DNA from: Dehalococcoidia bacterium
GTDB lineage: Bacteria > Chloroflexota > Dehalococcoidia > DSTF01 > JACRBR01
Assembly (NCBI GenBank): GCA_040902505.1
Contig: JBBDXE010000032.1
Location: 261,158 to 325,157, forward strand
DNA length: 64,000 nt
Reading direction: 5' to 3'
Position numbers and translations under genes: made by a program
The notes under the pieces: model-generated
Seen by the model: the letters and a program-made list of their open reading frames with translations, nothing else
The model's database searches: none
What the model was told of the DNA's origin: nothing
Part shown: positions 59,850-64,000 of the stretch, in pieces
How the letters are laid out: each line of letters opens with the position of its first letter
How positions within the stretch are numbered: position 1 is the first letter of the stretch

Positions 59850-60005
59850 GTGCGGCTCCTCCGGGGCTGGCCCTTGCCTGCCCGTAAGTATCGTCGCCGG
59901 TGGTGGAGATTCGGGGGACAAGTCTTTGTAAAACGCGTGTGAAATCGCCGCAAAGCGAGAGGGGCGCCCGAGTGGCGCCCTTCTCCAGCCATGACCCGGC
60001 GGAGC

Positions 60006-60506
60006 CTACTCGTCCGCCGTCTCTTCGAACCAGGCGAAGGCGCCGGCTTCCGTCCAGCGGAAGGGGCCGCGGCCGTTCACCTCGAAGGTGCCCTGGCCCT
60101 TCAGGAACGCCCATCCCTTGCCCGCGACGTGCAGGTCGATGTTCCGGCCCACCACCACCACGCTCACGTCGCCGCCGATGATGTGGGCCTCGCCCTCGAA
60201 GCCGTAGTAGATGGTGAAGCCGCGCCACTCGACCGTCCCCTCGTAGCCGGTGACCTCGATGTCAGCGTTGCCGTTGTGATCCTGGACCAGCAGCGCGCCG
60301 GCGTCCGCGGAGACGTCGTAGTCCATGCGGCCCTTCACCGCCGCCACCCCGTCGCCCTGGGCGTCGAGGACGCCGCGGCCGTGCAGCAGCACGCGCCCCC
60401 GGCGCTCTTCTTCCGTCTCCTGGGCTGACGCCGCGGGGGCGAGCGCCCCGAACGCCGTCGCCGCGACGGCCAGCACCACCCCGATGATGGCGATCTTCCT
60501 GAACAT
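60006..60506 (-). CDS. small secreted beta-rich protein (DUF4097/LiaG-like putative adhesin fold, tentative)
   Basis: ATG 60506 follows AGGAGGAGGA. Signal peptide MFRKIAIIGVVLAVAATAFGALAPAASA. The remainder has repeated V.V.G...V beta-strand motifs. Confidence 0.55.
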   Translation of the reverse strand: MFRKIAIIGVVLAVAATAFGALAPAASAQETEEERRGRVLLHGRGVLDAQGDGVAAVKGRMDYDVSADAGALLVQDHNGNADIEVTGYEGTVEWRGFTIYYGFEGEAHIIGGDVSVVVVGRNIDLHVAGKGWAFLKGQGTFEVNGRGPFRWTEAGAFAWFEETADE

Positions 60507-60965
60507 GCATCCTCCTCCTGGATACGGCGCTGTGCGCGCCTCGCGTGTCTCATCAGCACTATCGGGGGCGAAGGGGCATCCGGTGTTAAGGCACGGTCGC
60601 GGGGACGGAAACTCTCCGTAAAGCCTCCGTAAAGGCGTGCGGGGTCCCTCACCCCGTTCGCGGCGGGCTGAAAAGCCCGCCCTGCAGCAGGTGACGCGGA
60701 GAGAGGGGCATGGGCGCACAGGCCGTTGAAGGGATGCGGGAGAACCCTGATGGCTCGCCGGGGCTGCGTCGGGGAGAATCGTCCGCATGGAACACGAACG
60801 CGAGTTCAGCAGCGAACCGGCGGCCAGCGAGAACATCGTGGCGTTCGCGGAGCGTGCCGCCGATCGCCTCGACCAGCGGGACGAGATCATCCGGGAGCTG
60901 ACAGAAGCCCTGGCGCGGGCGTTCCACGACCTGGACGAGCACGACCTGGCGGCGTAGCCGGGCGT

Positions 60966-62171
60966 TCAGTCCACGCGTTCGAAGCGGCTCTCCCGCACGC
61001 GGTAGATCGCCAGCCCCACCTCGATCGGCAGATCGCCCTTGCGGTCGCCGCGCTCGTCGAACGCGATGACGCCGGTGAGGCCGATGGACGCCTGCGTGTG
61101 CAGCTGCCGCGCCAGCGCGGCCCGGTCGATCGTCAGGGCGCCATCCGCACCGACGACAGCGACTGCATCGAGCGCGGTCAGCAGCACCTTCACGGCGTCG
61201 TAGGCCTGCAGGACGAATGGCGTGGACGGCACGCGCCCGAACGCCTCCTGGTAGTGCTGCCCGAACAGCTCGTCCGGCGATGGTCCGCCGGTGATCACCG
61301 CCTGCTCGGCGTTCACCCCGGCGGCGCCGATGAAGTCGCGCAGGCTGAGCAGTCCGTCCGGCCCCAGGAAGCTGCCGGCGTACTGCTCCTCGCGCAGCCG
61401 GCGGACGATGAGCGCGCCCTCCGGGTTCAGCCCCTCGAAGACGACGACGTCCGGGTCCTGATTTCTGACCGTCGCGGCGAGCGACGAGAAGTCGACTTCT
61501 CCGCGTTCGATGCGCTGGCGCGAGACCACCTGGCCGCCCGCCTGCAGGAACGCCGCCTCGAACGCGTCCGCGAGGGTCACGCCATACGCCTCCCCGTCGT
61601 CGACGACGGCGGCGGTATCCGCGTGCATGGTGCCGACGGCGAAGTCCGCCTGCTCGCGGGCCTGGACGTCGTCGCGCCAGGCCATGCGGAAGAAGAACGC
61701 CTCGCCCTGCTCCGAAAGGGCGACGCGCGTCGCGGCGGGGGAGATGTGCACGACGTGCGCTGCCTCGTAGACGCTGTCGGCGGCCTGGGCGCCGGTCGTG
61801 CACATGGGGCCGATGACGGCGGCCAGCGTGGGGACGTCGATCAGCCGCCCGGCGGCGCGCACAGCCTGCTCGGCATCGGCGCACCCGTCGTCCTCGGGCC
61901 GGATGGCGACGGGGAAGCCCTTGAGGCTGGCGCCGGCGTCCCGCAGCCCCAGCTCGGCCGCGTCGGCAACGTCCTGTCCGAGCTGCTGCTGGTCGCCGCT
62001 GAGGGGGGCGGACACGCCGATCGTGAGCGTGCCGCCGGCGGGGACGGTGATCGCCCCGGGGGGCCGGGCTGTGGCTTCGGGGATGGGTGTGGGGTCCGCC
62101 GAGCCGCCGGAGCAGGCGACGAGCATGACCGCCGCGATGGCCGCGACGAGCCGGGCGCAGGTTCGCTGCAT
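60966..62171 (-). CDS. branched-chain amino acid ABC transporter substrate-binding lipoprotein (LivJ/K-like, type I PBP)
   Basis: Lipobox MLVAC. Type I periplasmic binding protein pattern. No cognate permease or ATPase genes are adjacent. Confidence 0.7.
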   Translation of the reverse strand: MQRTCARLVAAIAAVMLVACSGGSADPTPIPEATARPPGAITVPAGGTLTIGVSAPLSGDQQQLGQDVADAAELGLRDAGASLKGFPVAIRPEDDGCADAEQAVRAAGRLIDVPTLAAVIGPMCTTGAQAADSVYEAAHVVHISPAATRVALSEQGEAFFFRMAWRDDVQAREQADFAVGTMHADTAAVVDDGEAYGVTLADAFEAAFLQAGGQVVSRQRIERGEVDFSSLAATVRNQDPDVVVFEGLNPEGALIVRRLREEQYAGSFLGPDGLLSLRDFIGAAGVNAEQAVITGGPSPDELFGQHYQEAFGRVPSTPFVLQAYDAVKVLLTALDAVAVVGADGALTIDRAALARQLHTQASIGLTGVIAFDERGDRKGDLPIEVGLAIYRVRESRFERVD

Positions 62172-62258
62172 CTCTCCCCTTCCGGCCCGAGAGGCCCGCT
62201 GGGCGTATTATCTCGACAGGGGCGGCGCGCCGCCACCGGCACCACGGGAGGCGCTGGC

Positions 62259-62669
62259 TTGTCCATCGAGAAGGCGTTCGCGATAGAAGCGCCACCGCAC
62301 GAGATCTTCGCCGCGATCGAGCGCGAGCTGGCGGAGGCCTCGCCGGACGACGGTGAGACGTTCGAGGTGCTGCGCCGCGACCCGGGACGCTCGCTGGAGC
62401 TGCGGGTGACGATCTCCGGCATGCCGTGCTGGCTGACATACCGGCTGGAGCCGCGCGAAGGGCACACCGAGGTGATCGCCGACCTGACGCCGTACGGCTG
62501 GAAGCATGCCTTGTTCCGGATCATGACATTCGGGATGCGCGACCAGGGGTTCCAGCTGGCGCTGGTGCAGGGGCTGGCGAACCTCAAGGAGGCGGTGGAG
62601 TCGGAGCGGGCGGGAGGCGCGCAGCAGCTGCCGCGCGACGACGAAGCGCAGATCGCCAGTGAGGAGTAG
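62259..62669 (+). CDS. SRPBCC (polyketide cyclase/START-like) family protein
   Basis: 136 aa. TTG start after GGGAGG. Only the C-terminal part of the long six-frame ORF 60726-62669 is genuine. Confidence 0.5.
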   Translation: MSIEKAFAIEAPPHEIFAAIERELAEASPDDGETFEVLRRDPGRSLELRVTISGMPCWLTYRLEPREGHTEVIADLTPYGWKHALFRIMTFGMRDQGFQLALVQGLANLKEAVESERAGGAQQLPRDDEAQIASEE

Positions 62670-62717
62670 GGCCGTCCGGCCCCGGCGCGCGCGTCCCCGC
62701 GCACCTAGAATGTGCGC

Positions 62718-64000
62718 GTGAGCCACCCGCTCGACGCGTTCTTCCAGCCGCGGAGCATCGCCGTCGTCGGGGCGTCGCGCAACCCGCTGAAGCTGGGGTA
62801 CGTGATGCTCGACAACATCACGCGCGCCCGGTTTGGAGGGCCCGTGTACGCCGTGAACGTCTGCACGGAGACCGTGCTCGGGCTTCCGGCGTATCCGCGC
62901 GTGACGGACATCCCCGGCCCCATCGACCTGGCGGTGCTGACGGTGCCGGCCGCCGCCGTCGCGGACGTCATCGAGGACTGCGGCCGGAAGGGCGTGCCGG
63001 CGGCTGTGATCATCACCGCCGGCTTTCGTGAAGCCGGAGCGGACGGGGTTGCGCGCGAGCGTGCTCTGGCCGCCCGGGCTCGGGCGGCAGGCGTGCGGAT
63101 CATCGGGCCCAACTCGCTCGGCATCATCAACACCTTCGCGAACCTGAACGCCACGTTCTCCGAGGCTGCGCCTCACCGCGACGAGGTGGCGGTGGTGAGC
63201 CAGTCGGGCGCCATGGCCACGGCGGTGCTCGACTGGGCACGCGCCACCGGCGTCGGGTTCTCGAAGTTCGTGTCGCTCGGCAACATGGCCGACGTCACCG
63301 AGGTCGACCTGCTCGAATACCTGTGCCAGGACCCCCAGACGAGGCTCGCGGTCGGCTACTTCGAGGGGTTCAGCGACGGCCGGCGGTTCCTCGAGGCTGC
63401 GCGCCGACTGACCATACGCAAGCCGCTCATCGCGATGAAAGTCGGGAGGAGCGCCGCCGGCGCGCGGGCGGCGCGGTCGCACACAGGCGCTCTCGCGTCG
63501 TCGGACGCTGTCGTCGACGCGGCGTTCCGGCAGGCTGGCATCGTACGGGCGTACACGATGGAGGAGCTGTTCGACTTCACGCTGGCGTTCTCGTACCTTC
63601 CGCTCCCGGCGGGACGGCGCATGGCGATCGTCACCAACGCCGGTGGCCCCGGTGTGATGGCGACGGACGCCATCGAGCGCTGCGGGCTGGAGCTGGCGAC
63701 GTTCTCCGCCTCGACCGCGAAGCGGCTCACGAGCGTACTCCCGGCGGCGGCCGCGACGGCCAACCCTGTCGACGTGCTGGGCGACGCCGTCGCCGGCCGC
63801 TACGGCGACGCGCTCGAAGCCGTACTGGAGGATGCGGGCGTGGATGCGGCGCTGGTGCTGCTGACGCCGCAGGCGGTGACCGAGCCGGAACAGACGGCGC
63901 GGACGATCATCCACCTGGCGCGGCTGCATCGGAAGCCGGTGATGGGGGTGTACATGGGAGGCGACGCCGTCGCGCGCGGATGCCTGATGCTCGACGAGGC
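62718..64000 (+). CDS. acetate--CoA ligase (ADP-forming) / NDP-forming acyl-CoA synthetase, 3'-truncated by window edge
   Basis: GTG start. PRSIAVVGASRNP..LGY is the CoA-binding domain, followed by a succinyl-CoA-synthetase-alpha-like domain with phospho-His motif SQSGAM. The reading frame is open to base 64000. Confidence 0.8.
   Translation, partial: MSHPLDAFFQPRSIAVVGASRNPLKLGYVMLDNITRARFGGPVYAVNVCTETVLGLPAYPRVTDIPGPIDLAVLTVPAAAVADVIEDCGRKGVPAAVIITAGFREAGADGVARERALAARARAAGVRIIGPNSLGIINTFANLNATFSEAAPHRDEVAVVSQSGAMATAVLDWARATGVGFSKFVSLGNMADVTEVDLLEYLCQDPQTRLAVGYFEGFSDGRRFLEAARRLTIRKPLIAMKVGRSAAGARAARSHTGALASSDAVVDAAFRQAGIVRAYTMEELFDFTLAFSYLPLPAGRRMAIVTNAGGPGVMATDAIERCGLELATFSASTAKRLTSVLPAAAATANPVDVLGDAVAGRYGDALEAVLEDAGVDAALVLLTPQAVTEPEQTARTIIHLARLHRKPVMGVYMGGDAVARGCLMLDE

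Noticed and set aside
60726-62258. N-terminal part of the 647-aa plus-strand ORF
   Set aside because: It is antisense to the Liv-type binding protein. Only the C-terminal 136 aa (SRPBCC, TTG 62259) are retained.

Overview
This is a ~70% GC bacterial chromosomal window, almost certainly from Chloroflexi (Thermomicrobia-like). The inference rests on a 1573-aa DUF2298 / Chlor_Arch_YYY-type membrane protein, an F420-dependent LLM oxidoreductase and the S16 tail architecture. The window is densely coding and mostly housekeeping. The main blocks are: (1) methylmalonyl-CoA epimerase, a CoA-transferase and a mycoredoxin-TrxB fusion, then an Lhr helicase. (2) A riboflavin operon ribD-ribE-ribBA-ribH, interrupted between ribD and ribE by an antisense CoA-transferase paralog. 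(3) A glycan cluster of GT4, Wzx flippase, GT4 and a PLP decarboxylase. (4) An 11-gene NADH:quinone oxidoreductase operon nuoABCDHIJKLMN, with no nuoEFG. (5) A PAP2/GDPD lipid pair and glnA. (6) ffh-rpsP-KH-rimM followed by tRNA-Ala(CGC). (7) An OmpR/HK two-component system. (8) A truncated ADP-forming acetyl-CoA synthetase at the 3' edge. The candidates most likely to be novel are: a ~1.7 kb low-GC island with two tandem paralogous membrane proteins of unknown function that share a QRGGQTAA-ITN motif; a secreted ASST-like / PT-linker / TSP3 / dockerin protein; the giant Chlor_Arch_YYY GT-C-like protein coupled to a SAM methyltransferase; a hicB-hicA module whose toxin is frameshifted; and a small beta-rich secreted protein co-oriented with the two-component system. 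Many six-frame ORFs are antisense artefacts of the high GC and were discarded. No transposase, integrase or CRISPR array was seen.
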